Shown: positions 42,001-52,882, counted from the whole stretch's first letter. The stretch is 63,533 nt of DNA, filler included, from a bacterium (GCA_024278215.1; 6 parts of 6 records of this genome joined end to end with filler, not necessarily neighbours in it), one strand, 5' to 3'. The notes: a model not told the origin generated them from the sequence alone. Numbers and translations: made by a program.

Positions 42001-43569
42001 TATATGGGCGGCTCCGGGCTTGTCGACGACCTCGTCACAATTTCCACTCCGCACAGAGGCACTATCACTGCGTCCATAGGACCCGGCAAATCCGCACGGC
42101 AGATGGAAGTGGGCAGCAGCTTCCTGCGCACTCTCAACTCGGGCGACATAACGCCCGGCTATGTCGATTACACCGCTATTCACTCCAACAACGACGAGAT
42201 GGTTATCCCACAGCAAAACGGCTTCCTCGACGGGGCGATAAATATCAATATGAACAACTATGAACATGCGACAATTCTTTTCAACGATGAAACATACCAG
42301 GCCGTAAAAGCCGCGTTCAAACTCGATGTGGGACACGCGCCGGAAGAACTGCCCGTGCATATAAACGCGGATACGATGGTCACGGATTCGCCTCATGTCA
42401 CTCTCACACTTAACTACTACAACCACTATGCGCCTCAGTATCCGCCGGGTGAAATGAAAATTTCAAACAACAAGTTTCTCACCGGTGCCCAATGGCAGCC
42501 TTTCTCCAACAGCGTATCATGGCAACTCAACACTTTGAACGATGGGCTAAAGGCTGTTTACGTTAAATACCGCGCCGCCGAATCAGGCACGGAATCACCC
42601 GTTTATGTAGATTATATTGTGCTCGACCGCACACCGCCCGAAGGCAGCGTATCCGCCGCCCTCTCGCAGGACGACCCGAACACGGCGGACCTCACCATCA
42701 CCGCTTACGACAACTCCGACACCTACGGACGCCTGAACCCGACAAAGCTGATGCAGTCGTACGGTATCAGCGATATCGGCATGAAGTCGATGATGCTGTG
42801 GAACACACCTGATTTTTCGGGCGCTCTCTGGGAGGATGTCACAAGTACACGCAAGTGGCCGCTTATCGAAGCTGATTCCGACAGAACGGTTTATGTTAAG
42901 TTTATTGATAACGCCGGTAACGAAAGCGCAACTCTGAATGTGCCTGTGAAATGGGACGGAACATATTCGGACGACGACACAAACGAAGAAAACGTCGAAG
43001 ACAAAACACAACCCGGCGATGTTGTTTCCGATGGAACTGGCGAAACCGGAAAAACTCCCGTCAATGTCGTCAGCGAGATCGACTTCACCAGAGGATGGAA
43101 TCTCTTCTATCTGCCCAACGGGCTCCCTGAAAATGTCTCGGAGATTATTACTACCTTCATCCAGTCACTCAAGGATACTCTGGACTTCTCATTCACTTCC
43201 CGTTCCAGGAACAGTTCACGCCTGCATGTCGTCGAAAGAGGCCGGGCGATATGGGTACACACCGACGAGCCGCTATCCCGTAAATTCAGTTTCATGACAT
43301 ACGCGGGCGGCGGAAAGAAAAACTCTGTGGCGCTTGCTCCGGGCTGGAACGTCATCGGCCTGTCAGGTCATGAATCCGCCGATATTTCAGACATAAATAT
43401 TGTACTTGGCGCAGAAAAACTTTCGATCGCAGACGCGGCGGCACAGCGTCTCATTTCCGGAGATATACTTACTTATGACAATGGCTCATACAAAGCTACT
43501 GAGACGCTCCTGCCTTTTACCGCCTACTTTATAAAAGCGATTGAACCATGTGTGATCGAACTTCCGTAA
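39067..43569 (+). CDS. Secreted triple-module lipase/esterase (alpha/beta hydrolase) with an in-frame TAG at 39379-39381
   Basis: ORFs 39034-39381 and 39400-43569 are in the same frame; three repeats of VLVHGY...HS[EM]GG...ISTPHRGT...D...H, each followed by beta-rich domains. Confidence 0.85.
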
Positions 43570-43679
43570 TCTTATGTCGCCGTGCTTCCGGCAACAAGTT
43601 CTTTCCTTATTCGGCGTAGTGTCGTGCCAACGATGAAAAGACGTAATAAAATACTCCTAGTGGAGGGAACATAAAAAGT

Positions 43680-43771
43680 GTAGGGTGGGTCACCATACCC
43701 CGCCTACGCATATATTACGCATAACGGTTTGTACAAGCAAAAGTTGAGGCGGGGTGGTGCCCCCGCCCTAC
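43680..43771. repeat. Repeat family D (REP-doublet-like hairpin)
   Basis: GTAGGGTGGGTCACCATACCCCGCCT...AGGCGGGGTGGTGCCCCGCCCTAC. Confidence 0.82.
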
Positions 43772-43930
43772 AAAAACGCAAATACAAAGTTGATTCGCGT
43801 GTAATTAGTCATTTTCAATTCAGGCGTTGTTTTTAAAGTCGTCGGAAATACGCAAAAACGTTCTTTACGAGTTCGCTATCGTCGCTTATTGTCCGTTGAC
43901 AAATGTCATCCGCGGCTTTTTACACACGAA

Positions 43931-44030
43931 NNNNNNNNNNNNNNNNNNNNNNNNNNNNNNNNNNNNNNNNNNNNTTAATTAATTAANNNNNNNNNNNNNN
44001 NNNNNNNNNNNNNNNNNNNNNNNNNNNNNN
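43931..44030. other. Artificial contig spacer
   Basis: N-TTAATTAATTAA-N. Confidence 0.98.
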
Positions 44031-44032
44031 AA

Positions 44033-44128
44033 ATAGCAAATTATAAGCAATTCAAAAAACTTACCGGCGAATGGATCGACCTATCCGTCGAACTCGCCAA
44101 GCTTCGCAAATCAGTAAAAAAGGGGTAA
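44033..44128 (+). CDS. 3' fragment of a small protein resembling the C-terminus of IS-associated DUF6788 proteins
   Basis: Translates as IANYKQFKKLTGEWIDLSVELAKLRKSVKKG*; family recalled from memory only. Confidence 0.4.
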   Translation: MANYKQFKKLTGEWIDLSVELAKLRKSVKKG

Positions 44129-44562
44129 AGTATTATCCAGAACTTGGTACTGTCCAGTACTATTGATAACCGCTATATCCGAATTGCGTGGTATAATATT
44201 CTGTAAGAGGAACCCCAAGATGGAGGTCCGTTTCCATGTCTGGACATAGTCTTTCACAGGACAAGGCAGTTAAGCTGTGAGTTATCTCGTTGTCTCAATA
44301 ATCCTTCAGATATTTGTAGTCGCTGTTTATTTTACATGGACTGTTTTTTTGTTTAGTGTTTTCGGACGGATAATAGCCGAAATCCGGAAAGGTGGCGGGA
44401 AGTTTAAACTCGTTGTCAAGCGAAACCAATCAAACCGTGCTTGACTGAAACCCTGGAAGTCTCACGTTATAACAAATACGCCGTAGCCGGGAAGAAGCAC
44501 AAGCGGAGAGTAATCTTCGGGAAATCCTTTCGATCAGAACGCGAGGGAAAAGCATTTATTTT

Positions 44563-45942
44563 ATGCGTGTAATTAGAAATGGATTCAATGAAATAGCGTA
44601 TTTCCTTCGAGAGGTACCGAAAAGCACAATAAGAAAACTGGTGTTTTACAATATCATGCTGTGTGTGCTTTTCATGTATGTTCTCCCCACCCCAATTCTG
44701 ATGATACCGGTACTGTTTTCCAACGCCGCGATGGGGCTGGGTCTCGAACGAAAAGGCGCTGCCGCGCGCGGCGATCACTTTATTTCCATGCGCACGGTAT
44801 TGAGCTTTCCCGTGTTGGTCGTTGAATTGTTTTTATTGGAAGTCCTCGCGGGTATAACGCTATCTTTTTTCATTCTTATAATGTTTTCCCTGAACCGTGT
44901 CGCTTCGATCATTCTGCTCGCGGCTACGTACACCCTGGTCAGGAATCGGTTGTTCGCGATACACGCGTTGCGGTGTGAGCTTGAAGGAATCTTTTTATGC
45001 GACCTGGTCACGGCGGCAATCATCACGACTGCCTTGTCTCTGCTCGATGTGCGGGCACACTTCCAATACATGTTAATAATCAACCTGTATATTCTGACGG
45101 CCATTTTTTCGCTACGTATGATTCAGGGCGTTATCAGAAGCACGATTGCCGGGCGGAACAAACACATGGGAAGGACAATACTCTGGATAGGCATGTTGCT
45201 CCTGTATATAACCATAGTTATTGGAACGCGCCATCTTTCCGCACTTGGGTCTTTCCGGAAAACACCGGATGGAACCCGCTCCGAACTGAATTATTCCACA
45301 AGGGCGGGAATCAACAAGGACGGTTTCCGTGGACCGGATATATCTTTGGAAAAGCCTGCCAACACAATACGCATCGCAATCATGGGTGACTCGGCCACCT
45401 ATGGTTTTCTCGTGTCGGAGAAGCTTACTTTCTGTCGAATTCTCGAAACTCTTCTGCGGCAGAACAGTCGCGGCGTGAATTTCCAGGTCATCAATGGAGG
45501 AGTGCCCAGCTACACTGTTGTGCAATCTCTGGCGCGACTCAAGGAAAAGACACTCAAATACGATCCCGATGTAGTCATTCTCATCACCGGACCAAATGAC
45601 AGAAAGGCCGTGGATAAGGGATTATTAACTCATCAATTGCAAGATTTCGCGGAACAGATGAAAAACACTGAAATAAAATTTGTTGTCTGCACATATCCTT
45701 CCATCTGGCTTGCAGGTAAGAATATGCGTGAAATTGAAAAGCAGACGCGCGAGTTTGCTCTGTCAAGAAATATTCCATTCATCGACCTTGCCCGCTTCAT
45801 GCGGGGAAAGTATTTCTACGGCACTCCTGACCGTCACCCTAACGCGCGTGGACATCGCGTTATCGCCGATTTTCTTTTCAGGAGCTTGTCGACAAAAGGC
45901 GTGATTTTCCAGAGCTCTCTCCTCGGCTCAAAGCACCGGTAA
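44563..45942 (+). CDS. Multi-TM membrane protein with a C-terminal SGNH/GDSL hydrolase domain
   Basis: GDSATYG, NGGVPSY, GPND, DRHPN..GH. Confidence 0.85.
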   Translation: MRVIRNGFNEIAYFLREVPKSTIRKLVFYNIMLCVLFMYVLPTPILMIPVLFSNAAMGLGLERKGAAARGDHFISMRTVLSFPVLVVELFLLEVLAGITLSFFILIMFSLNRVASIILLAATYTLVRNRLFAIHALRCELEGIFLCDLVTAAIITTALSLLDVRAHFQYMLIINLYILTAIFSLRMIQGVIRSTIAGRNKHMGRTILWIGMLLLYITIVIGTRHLSALGSFRKTPDGTRSELNYSTRAGINKDGFRGPDISLEKPANTIRIAIMGDSATYGFLVSEKLTFCRILETLLRQNSRGVNFQVINGGVPSYTVVQSLARLKEKTLKYDPDVVILITGPNDRKAVDKGLLTHQLQDFAEQMKNTEIKFVVCTYPSIWLAGKNMREIEKQTREFALSRNIPFIDLARFMRGKYFYGTPDRHPNARGHRVIADFLFRSLSTKGVIFQSSLLGSKHR

Positions 45943-45998
45943 CAGGCCGGTATAAAAAGCGGATTTTTCAGCTCCGAGCGGAATGACTCTTGTGCGAG

Positions 45999-46191
45999 CC
46001 TAACCCGGCTTAACCGGAACCAAAAGTTCACATTTTCGTCCCAAACAAAAGCGGTTTGAGCATGGCACACAGAGTTTCATCGCCCCAAAGGTCTACCCTG
46101 GAAACGCCTGTAACTGGAAGCTCCAGCTTTCACCGATCTCATTTCAGCATTTCTTTACCATCCTGCGTAGCATTTGAGTTGTAAAATACTA
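45999..46191 (-). mobile_element. Repeat family B copy, apparently inserted in a family A TIR
   Basis: CCTAACCCGG...GTAAAATACTA, flanked by GAG on the left and TTGCAAAA on the right. Confidence 0.82.
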
Positions 46192-46236
46192 TTGCAAAAA
46201 TCTGATTCTGCTGCGGTCGGCTGCTATTGTCCATAG
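46191..46236 (+). repeat. Repeat family A left-part fragment
   Basis: ATTGCAAAAATCTGATTCTGCTGCGGTCGGCTGCTATTGTCCATAG. Confidence 0.82.
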
Positions 46237-46263
46237 CCCGGATTTTTCACAAAGAAATCCGGG
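46234..46263. repeat. Repeat family C variant palindrome
   Basis: TAGCCCGGATTTTTCACAAAGAAATCCGGG; reverse complement matches 60346-60374. Confidence 0.75.
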
Positions 46264-46410
46264 GAATCGCAAAACCGCCCTCCCGACTTTCGCGCCGGAA
46301 TCAGGTTATTGTTTATTGCGTGAATTATTTGTTATAATGATATTCCCTGAGCGGAGCGGAAAAAAGAGGCCGCGAAAGACCACTTCCAGGGTAGAAGGGC
46401 GCTACTGCAG

Positions 46411-47706
46411 ATGGCGAATATTCTAGCGATGGTGCTTGCCGGCGGCGAGGGCAACCGGCTGCTGACTCTTACACACAGACGCGCGAAACCTGTCGTGCTG
46501 TTCGGCGGCATGTACAGGATTATTGATTTTGTTCTGAGCAATATCATTAACTCGAAGATAGCCGATGTCGGACTGCTGCTGCAATATCAGCCCGACTCGA
46601 TGCTCAAACACCTCTCTTTCGCATGGACGATGGACCGCGCCATCGCACGGATCGACATCCTGTTCCCGCACCGCGCACACGAGGCCTACGAAAGCCCCGC
46701 GGATGCTGTCTACAAGCGGCTCGACTACCTGCTCGAGAAGAACCCTACTTATGTGCTTGTGGTGCCCGGCGATTATGTGTCTATCATAGACTATCGCAAG
46801 ATAATAAAATTTCACGAAGACGCGGGCGCTGACATGACTATCGCCGCTACGGAGGTGGACCGCTCGAAGACACATCATTTCGGCATGATGAAGACAAACG
46901 CCGCCGACGAAGTCGTCGAATATATCGAGAAACCGAAACACGACATCGACACGCGGCTCGCCTCGATGGGGATATATGTTTTCAACCTCAATGTGCTTGT
47001 GCGCAACCTGATAGAAGAGGAAAAAAGCCGCTACGGCGAACCTGCCAGTTTTACTTTCGGCATGATCCCACGAATGATAAAAACCGAGAAAGTCATGGCC
47101 TATAGATTCAACGGCTACTGGCGCGACATAGGGACGATCGACTCGTATTTCGAATCGAATCTCGAGTTGATAAAGATCATGCCGGAACTGAATATTTACG
47201 ACATAAAAAGTCCGTTGCGTTCGCGTGTACGCTTCGAGCCGCCGTCTAAAATATGCGAGTACGGTTCGATCAAGAATTCGGTTATCACGCAGGGGTCTCT
47301 GATAGACGGCCATGTCGAGAGGTCCATCATTTTCCCGCATGTGAAGGTGGACAAGGGCGCGGAGATATATGATTCGCTGATCATGCCCAACAACCACATC
47401 GGAGAGGGCACCATAATCAACAGGTCGATTCTGGACACTGTATCGCGGGCGCAGCACTTCGAGGGCAAACCCAACATAGGGCGCGGTTGCCGCATCGGCG
47501 GTTACGATTGCGATGTGCCCAATTCCGAATTTTCCGACAAACTCAACACGTCGATCACACTGGTCAGCATGGAAGCGGAAGTGCCGGACAATACGACAAT
47601 CGGACGCAACTGCGTGATTTTCCCGGATGTGAGAAAAGACGATTTCAGGGGCGTCAGAGAAATTCCGGACGGAGAAAATGTCCGGCCTGTCGAGCATAAG
47701 TTCTGA
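46411..47706 (+). CDS. glgC: Glucose-1-phosphate adenylyltransferase-like protein
   Basis: LAGGEGNRL, RAKPVVLFGGMYRIIDF, EKP, SMGIYVF, YWRDIGT, beta-helix C-terminus. Confidence 0.85.
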   Translation: MANILAMVLAGGEGNRLLTLTHRRAKPVVLFGGMYRIIDFVLSNIINSKIADVGLLLQYQPDSMLKHLSFAWTMDRAIARIDILFPHRAHEAYESPADAVYKRLDYLLEKNPTYVLVVPGDYVSIIDYRKIIKFHEDAGADMTIAATEVDRSKTHHFGMMKTNAADEVVEYIEKPKHDIDTRLASMGIYVFNLNVLVRNLIEEEKSRYGEPASFTFGMIPRMIKTEKVMAYRFNGYWRDIGTIDSYFESNLELIKIMPELNIYDIKSPLRSRVRFEPPSKICEYGSIKNSVITQGSLIDGHVERSIIFPHVKVDKGAEIYDSLIMPNNHIGEGTIINRSILDTVSRAQHFEGKPNIGRGCRIGGYDCDVPNSEFSDKLNTSITLVSMEAEVPDNTTIGRNCVIFPDVRKDDFRGVREIPDGENVRPVEHKF

Positions 47707-47746
47707 CCGGTACGGCTGGAAGAAAAGGATCAATTGGAGGCAGAAT

Positions 47747-48622
47747 ATGTTAAGAGGAAGCATCGTGGCGCTGGTCACACCGTTTAAAGGAAATGGGATC
47801 GACGAAGCTGCGCTTCGCAGGATGGTCGACCGGCACATCAGACAGGGGACCGACGCGCTGGTGCCCGTGGGAACAACAGGTGAATCGTGTACGCTGAGCT
47901 ATGAAGAACACCACAGGGTAGTCGAGATAGTTGTGGACCAGGCAAGGGGGCGCGTGCCGGTTGTCGCGGGCACAGGCTCGAACTCGACCGAGGAAGCGCT
48001 GTCCCTGACAAAACACGCTAAGGAAACAGGCGCGGATGCCGCCCTGATGATCGCCCCCTACTACAACAAGCCGACTCAAAAGGGGATATACCAGCATTTC
48101 AAACGCGTCGCCGACAGGGTGGATATTCCCATCGTGCTTTATAACCACCAGGGACGAACGGGCGTGACGATCGAGCCCGCGACTGTGCAGGCACTGTCGG
48201 AGGCCGGCAATTTCATCGCGGTAAAAGACGCCAGCGGCGGGATAAACTACGCGGCTGATGTGCTGGACCGCACAAACGGGAAGGTCGCGATTCTCTCCGG
48301 CAACGATTCGTGGACGCTCGCGCTGCTGGCGCTGGGCGCTTCGGGCTGCATCTCGGTCGTGGCGAATATCATCCCGAAAAAGATGGCCCGGTTCATTCAC
48401 GCGTATCTCGACGGCGACGCGGAAAAAAGCCGCAAGCTTTTCTATAAGATACTCCCGCTTATGAAAGCAATGGAGCTCGAGGTCAACCCGGCCCCGGTGA
48501 AAACCGCTTTGAGCATGATGGGAACTGTCGATGCGAAGATGCGGCTGCCGATGACGCCGATGGATGCAAAGAAAAGGGCGGCGCTTAAAAAAGTGCTGAA
48601 AGAATACAAGCTGATAAAGTAA
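47747..48622 (+). CDS. dapA: 4-hydroxy-tetrahydrodipicolinate synthase
   Basis: ALVTPF, GTTGES, PYYNKPTQ, LYN..GRTG, VKDASG, NPAPVK. Confidence 0.96.
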   Translation: MLRGSIVALVTPFKGNGIDEAALRRMVDRHIRQGTDALVPVGTTGESCTLSYEEHHRVVEIVVDQARGRVPVVAGTGSNSTEEALSLTKHAKETGADAALMIAPYYNKPTQKGIYQHFKRVADRVDIPIVLYNHQGRTGVTIEPATVQALSEAGNFIAVKDASGGINYAADVLDRTNGKVAILSGNDSWTLALLALGASGCISVVANIIPKKMARFIHAYLDGDAEKSRKLFYKILPLMKAMELEVNPAPVKTALSMMGTVDAKMRLPMTPMDAKKRAALKKVLKEYKLIK

Positions 48623-48812
48623 AGATTGTGCACGAAAACATTATAACGAACCGGCAACACTGAGCCCGGCTCGTCAGTCCGGGATAGCGGAAATGAAAAT
48701 GTCGTTATAGCTTACGAACGAAAATCCCGGCCCGGCGCAACAACCGGAATCTTTTTCGATAAACGCAGCAGCTCCCGAAACTTCCGGACATGAAAACAAT
48801 CATTTCATGTAG

Positions 48813-48990
48813 GAGCCAATTGCAAAATTCTGATTCGGCTGCGGTCGGCTGCAATTGTACATAGCTGCGTTGTCGGCACAAACCATCCTCAACGTACTCG
48901 GCGATTACGCCTGCGGGGATTTTGCACCTCCGCCTTGCTTATGAAAAATTTCGCTCGACCTCGCTACGAACATAATTTTGTAATTGGCTC
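48813..48990 (+). mobile_element. Repeat family A complete copy (178 bp)
   Basis: TIRs GAGCCAATTGCAAAATT and AATTTTGTAATTGGCTC. Confidence 0.88.
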
Positions 48991-49110
48991 ATAGTAATTG
49001 ACTATACATGGTGTATGGCAATATAATTAGTATAGTGGCAGTTTGCTTAATATGCCGGTTGCCATATATGTTTAGTGTTAAGAGCTGAAGCATACGGTAG
49101 AATAAGTCTT

Positions 49111-49518
49111 ATGGATAATTATAAGGTACTGCTTGTAGATGACGAGAAAGAATTTGTGGACCTGCTGGCAAAGCGGCTGCGTTCGCGCGAGCTCGAGGTA
49201 GAATGCGTGTACAGCGGAACGGAAGCGCTCGAGGCTGTTCGTGAAAAGAAATACGACATAGTAGTGCTCGATGTCAAAATGCCGGGGATAGACGGGATAG
49301 AAACACTGAAAGAAATCAAGAAGTCGAATCCGGAAATAGAAGTCATCATGCTGACAGGCCATGCGACGCTGGACACGGCTGTCGACGGCATGAAGATGGA
49401 TGCTTTCGACTACCTGGAAAAGCCTATCGCTATAGAAAACCTTATGGATAAGCTGAAAAACGCATTCAACAAGAGGTACTACCCCCCTGCGGATAAATAC
49501 ATGCTGCCCGAAACATAG
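49111..49518 (+). CDS. Single-domain response regulator (REC)
   Basis: LLVDDE, LDVKMPGIDG, MLTGH, DYLEKP. Confidence 0.93.
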   Translation: MDNYKVLLVDDEKEFVDLLAKRLRSRELEVECVYSGTEALEAVREKKYDIVVLDVKMPGIDGIETLKEIKKSNPEIEVIMLTGHATLDTAVDGMKMDAFDYLEKPIAIENLMDKLKNAFNKRYYPPADKYMLPET

Positions 49519-49584
49519 AATCCTGACTTTTACACGTAAAATATCGAGGCGTCCGGAATCTGTCAGTAGTATTATCAGTTAGTT

Positions 49585-49750
49585 GAGCCAATTGCAAAAT
49601 TCTGATTCGGCTGCGGTCGGCTGCTATTGTCCATAGCTGCGTTGTCGGCACAAAATCGTCCTCGACGTACTCTACAAGTACGCCTGCGAGGATTTTACAC
49701 CTCCGCCTTGCTCCGAACAATTTCGCTCGATCTCGCTACGAACATAATTT
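49585..49750 (+). mobile_element. Repeat family A copy, cut by the spacer
   Basis: Near-identical to 1-165 and 48813-48990. Confidence 0.88.
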
Positions 49751-49850
49751 NNNNNNNNNNNNNNNNNNNNNNNNNNNNNNNNNNNNNNNNNNNNTTAATT
49801 AATTAANNNNNNNNNNNNNNNNNNNNNNNNNNNNNNNNNNNNNNNNNNNN
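49751..49850. other. Artificial contig spacer
   Basis: N-TTAATTAATTAA-N. Confidence 0.98.
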
Positions 49851-49937
49851 ATGGATCGCGGCACCAGAAAACGGATACTACAAATTCAATCTCGCGGGCT
49901 TATTGAAAGACATAATGTAACGGCTGAGGACAATGTA

Positions 49938-49965
49938 TAACCCGCATATTTCACAAATGCGGGTT
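49938..49965. repeat. Repeat family C palindrome
   Basis: TAACCCGCATATTTCACAAATGCGGGTT. Confidence 0.8.
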
Positions 49966-50081
49966 CAAAAACCGGAAGAACCGGGGTTGCGTTAAGGCAT
50001 CATAATGTAAACAAAAGTGCGGAGCGCGGTGATTACTGTGCGCCGCAATCGTGAATATTAACCGCCTGCCGTGAGTATCCT

Positions 50082-50306
50082 ATGGACGAAAAAGAGAAAG
50101 AACGAAGACAACGCGAAGCACTGGAGCGTGGCGGCAGTGGAGCTTACACAGAGCCTGGCGACACGACCGACTGGGACATGCCCGACATGCGGGAACCGGA
50201 TTTCTCCGATGTGCGAAAAAAGATTTTTTCTCCGTGGAAGGTCATATTATTCATAATTATTAGTTCAGTTTTCTGGATATGGTTTTTTTTCTACAGCGGC
50301 AAATAA
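50082..50306 (+). CDS. Small protein with a C-terminal TM helix
   Basis: 74 aa; hydrophobic tail; TAATG overlap with the next gene. Confidence 0.55.
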   Translation: MDEKEKERRQREALERGGSGAYTEPGDTTDWDMPDMREPDFSDVRKKIFSPWKVILFIIISSVFWIWFFFYSGK

Positions 50307-52588
50307 TGAATATAGCCTCTCAAACATCAGTTAACCTCATTTTTGTTAAAGCGCAGTACGCCTGCATTGTACTGACATGTATCCTCATTCCTGTGTCGAT
50401 TATATTCTTGCCGGCAACTGTTTTCGCCGCAGATGGAAACGTGGGCGGGCGGAAAATGCTTGTTGTGATCGCGGACGGAATATCGTTTGACGATTGGTCG
50501 GCGGCGGAGATGCGGCATGTGCGCGGAGCCGGAAAAATGGGCGCGATAGGATTACTTGTCACAAGAACACTGAACCGCGAGAGCTCAACGGCAGCTTATG
50601 TAACACTCGGCTCCGGACTGCTCGGCGACGGTAACGAAGACGACACACTCGTTTTCAACGTCGATGAAATTTACGGCGGTCGGCCCGCGGGGACGATATT
50701 TACTACAGACACGGGGGTGGATGCGCCGGAGAAAGGAATAGTACATATCGGCTGGGCGGCGCTGCGCAACAAAAACCTCGACACTCGATGGGGCGCAAGG
50801 CCGGGCGCGCTCGCCGGGCTTCTTGAGAAGAACGGATACACAACCGCCGCTGTGGGCAATTCCGATTTTTATACGTTGCCGCGAAGAGGCGCGTCGATTG
50901 TCGCTCTGGACGAGTACGGAAAAGCTGCCGCCGGAAATGTTTCCGGGAATCTCCTGTCCCGGTCGGATGCTTTTCCGGGCGGCGCGATGCTCGACACTGC
51001 CGCATTCAGGGACGCCATGCTCGACGCATTATCGAAGGCGGACTTCGTTGTCGCTGATTTCGGCGATACATCACGTGCCGAAAGATTTTCCCTGTATGCC
51101 GACGATAAAAAGGTCGAAGCAGCAAAGAAGGCGGCGCTTGCTATGCTCGACAACACTTTCGCTTTTCTTCTTGACAGTATAGACATGTCCATGACACAAA
51201 TAATTCTGATCAGCCCCGCGGCCCATGAAAGCGATTACTAAAAAAAGGAAACGCTTACTCCGTTGCTGATTGTCGGCGCAGGTGTCGGGTCGGGCTCCGC
51301 CGTGCTTACATCGGGCTCGACGCGCAGGCGCGGCATTGTTCTCAACACAGACTTCGCGCCGTATGTCTGCTCATATTTCGGCATCGAACCGGCCCCTGAT
51401 TTTGTCGGAACTCCATTTGAATTTATTCCTCTTTCGAACACGCACAAATATATCAGGGATGTGTTCCGGCGCGACAGTTTCGTCGAAAACCGTTACGGCA
51501 TGTTGAAAAATGTTGTCCTGTGGCATCTCGCTATGCTTATCGTATGTTTTGCCGCCGCAATGTTTGTTGCAAAAGTTGGCAAGAGCCTGCGGCACATACT
51601 TTCCGGCCTCTTAATAGGCACTTCCTGCATGTTCATTTCATTCCTTTTCGCCGCCGGTATTCCTTATGAAAAAGGGCCGGCTTTCTTCATTGTCGGCTAT
51701 TTCGCTTTATGTATAGTTCTTGCTGGAGCAGCTTCCCTGATGCCGGGTTCCCGGCATAAATACATGTTCGTCGCCGCCGTTTACTTCCTCTCGCTTGCCG
51801 CGGATCAGTTGACAGGCGGAGAATTGATAATGAACTCGGCGCTCGGATATTATCCGCAGAGCGGGGCGCGTTTCTATGGTATCGGCAACGAATTCATGGG
51901 TTTTATGATAAGCGCACCGGTTGTATTCATCGGCCTTGCAATGGATGCCGCGCCGCGTTTAAGCAGGCTGTTGAAGTTCGTTGCCTGCATTATTTTCCTC
52001 GCATGTGTCTACATCGTGGGCAGCCCCGCGCTTGGCGCAAATCTCGGCGGCCTCATATCGTGTTCCGTGGCTTATATATTCATGATCCTTCTTATTTATC
52101 AAGGCCGCCTCAACTGGCGCAGTGTGCTCCCGGCCCTGTTTGCGGCTGCGATCTTCGTCGGCGTTTTTATCGGTGTGGATGTCTTACTCACCGATAACAA
52201 CTCACATGTGACAAGACTTGTTCTGCGGGTGGCGGGCGATGGCGGGATGCCCGAACTCCTTAAAGTGGTCGGGCGTAAACTGGCAGTAAACCTGAGGCTT
52301 ATAAAGGCGAGTTTCTGGAGTGCGATATTTATTATTTCTCTTGTATTTGCGTTTGCCGCACATTACTTTCCGGTTAACAGACTCCGCCGGCTTTTCGAGA
52401 TAAATCCGAACTTCAAACATGCGTATGCCGCATCGCTGCTGGGCGCGCTGGTCGCGTTTGCTGTAAACGATTCCGGAATCGTGCCGGGCGCGACAGCGTT
52501 TATTATTCCAACCGCGGCCCTGTTCCACATCCTTTTCAATATGGAAAAGGAAAACGACGAGCCGGATATTCAATATGATGAAATATGA
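50306..52588 (+). CDS. Membrane protein (alkaline-phosphatase-like N-terminal domain plus multi-TM domain) interrupted by an in-frame TAA at 51239-51241
   Basis: ORFs 50279-51241 and 51263-52588 are in the same frame; motifs LTSGSTRRRGIV..TDFAP, GARFYGIGNE, GANLGG, NDSGIV. Confidence 0.75.
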
Positions 52589-52712
52589 CGGCTTGCCATC
52601 CACTATTAATCAATAATGATGCTCAAAAGTCAGTGGTAATTGTTCACGGGATATACATGGGAATGCATTGACCTGGGAATATTTTGGAGTGCAACGACTG
52701 TGTCGTTGCATA

Positions 52713-52806
52713 TAGTATCTTACGACTGCTACGCAGGATGATAAAGAAATGCTGAAAAGAGATCGGTGAAAGCTGGAGCTTCCAGTTACAGGCGTTTCCA
52801 ATGTAG
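52713..52806 (+). repeat. Repeat family B left half, truncated by a family C palindrome
   Basis: TAGTATCTTACGACTG...GGCGTTTCCAATGTAG. Confidence 0.82.
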
Positions 52807-52831
52807 CCCGTATATTTCACCAATGCAGGCT
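52804..52831. repeat. Repeat family C palindrome
   Basis: TAGCCCGTATATTTCACCAATGCAGGCT. Confidence 0.78.
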
Positions 52832-52882
52832 TAAAGCCCACAACTTCACAGGCCCGAAAAAACGCAAAACCAGCAATAAAAC

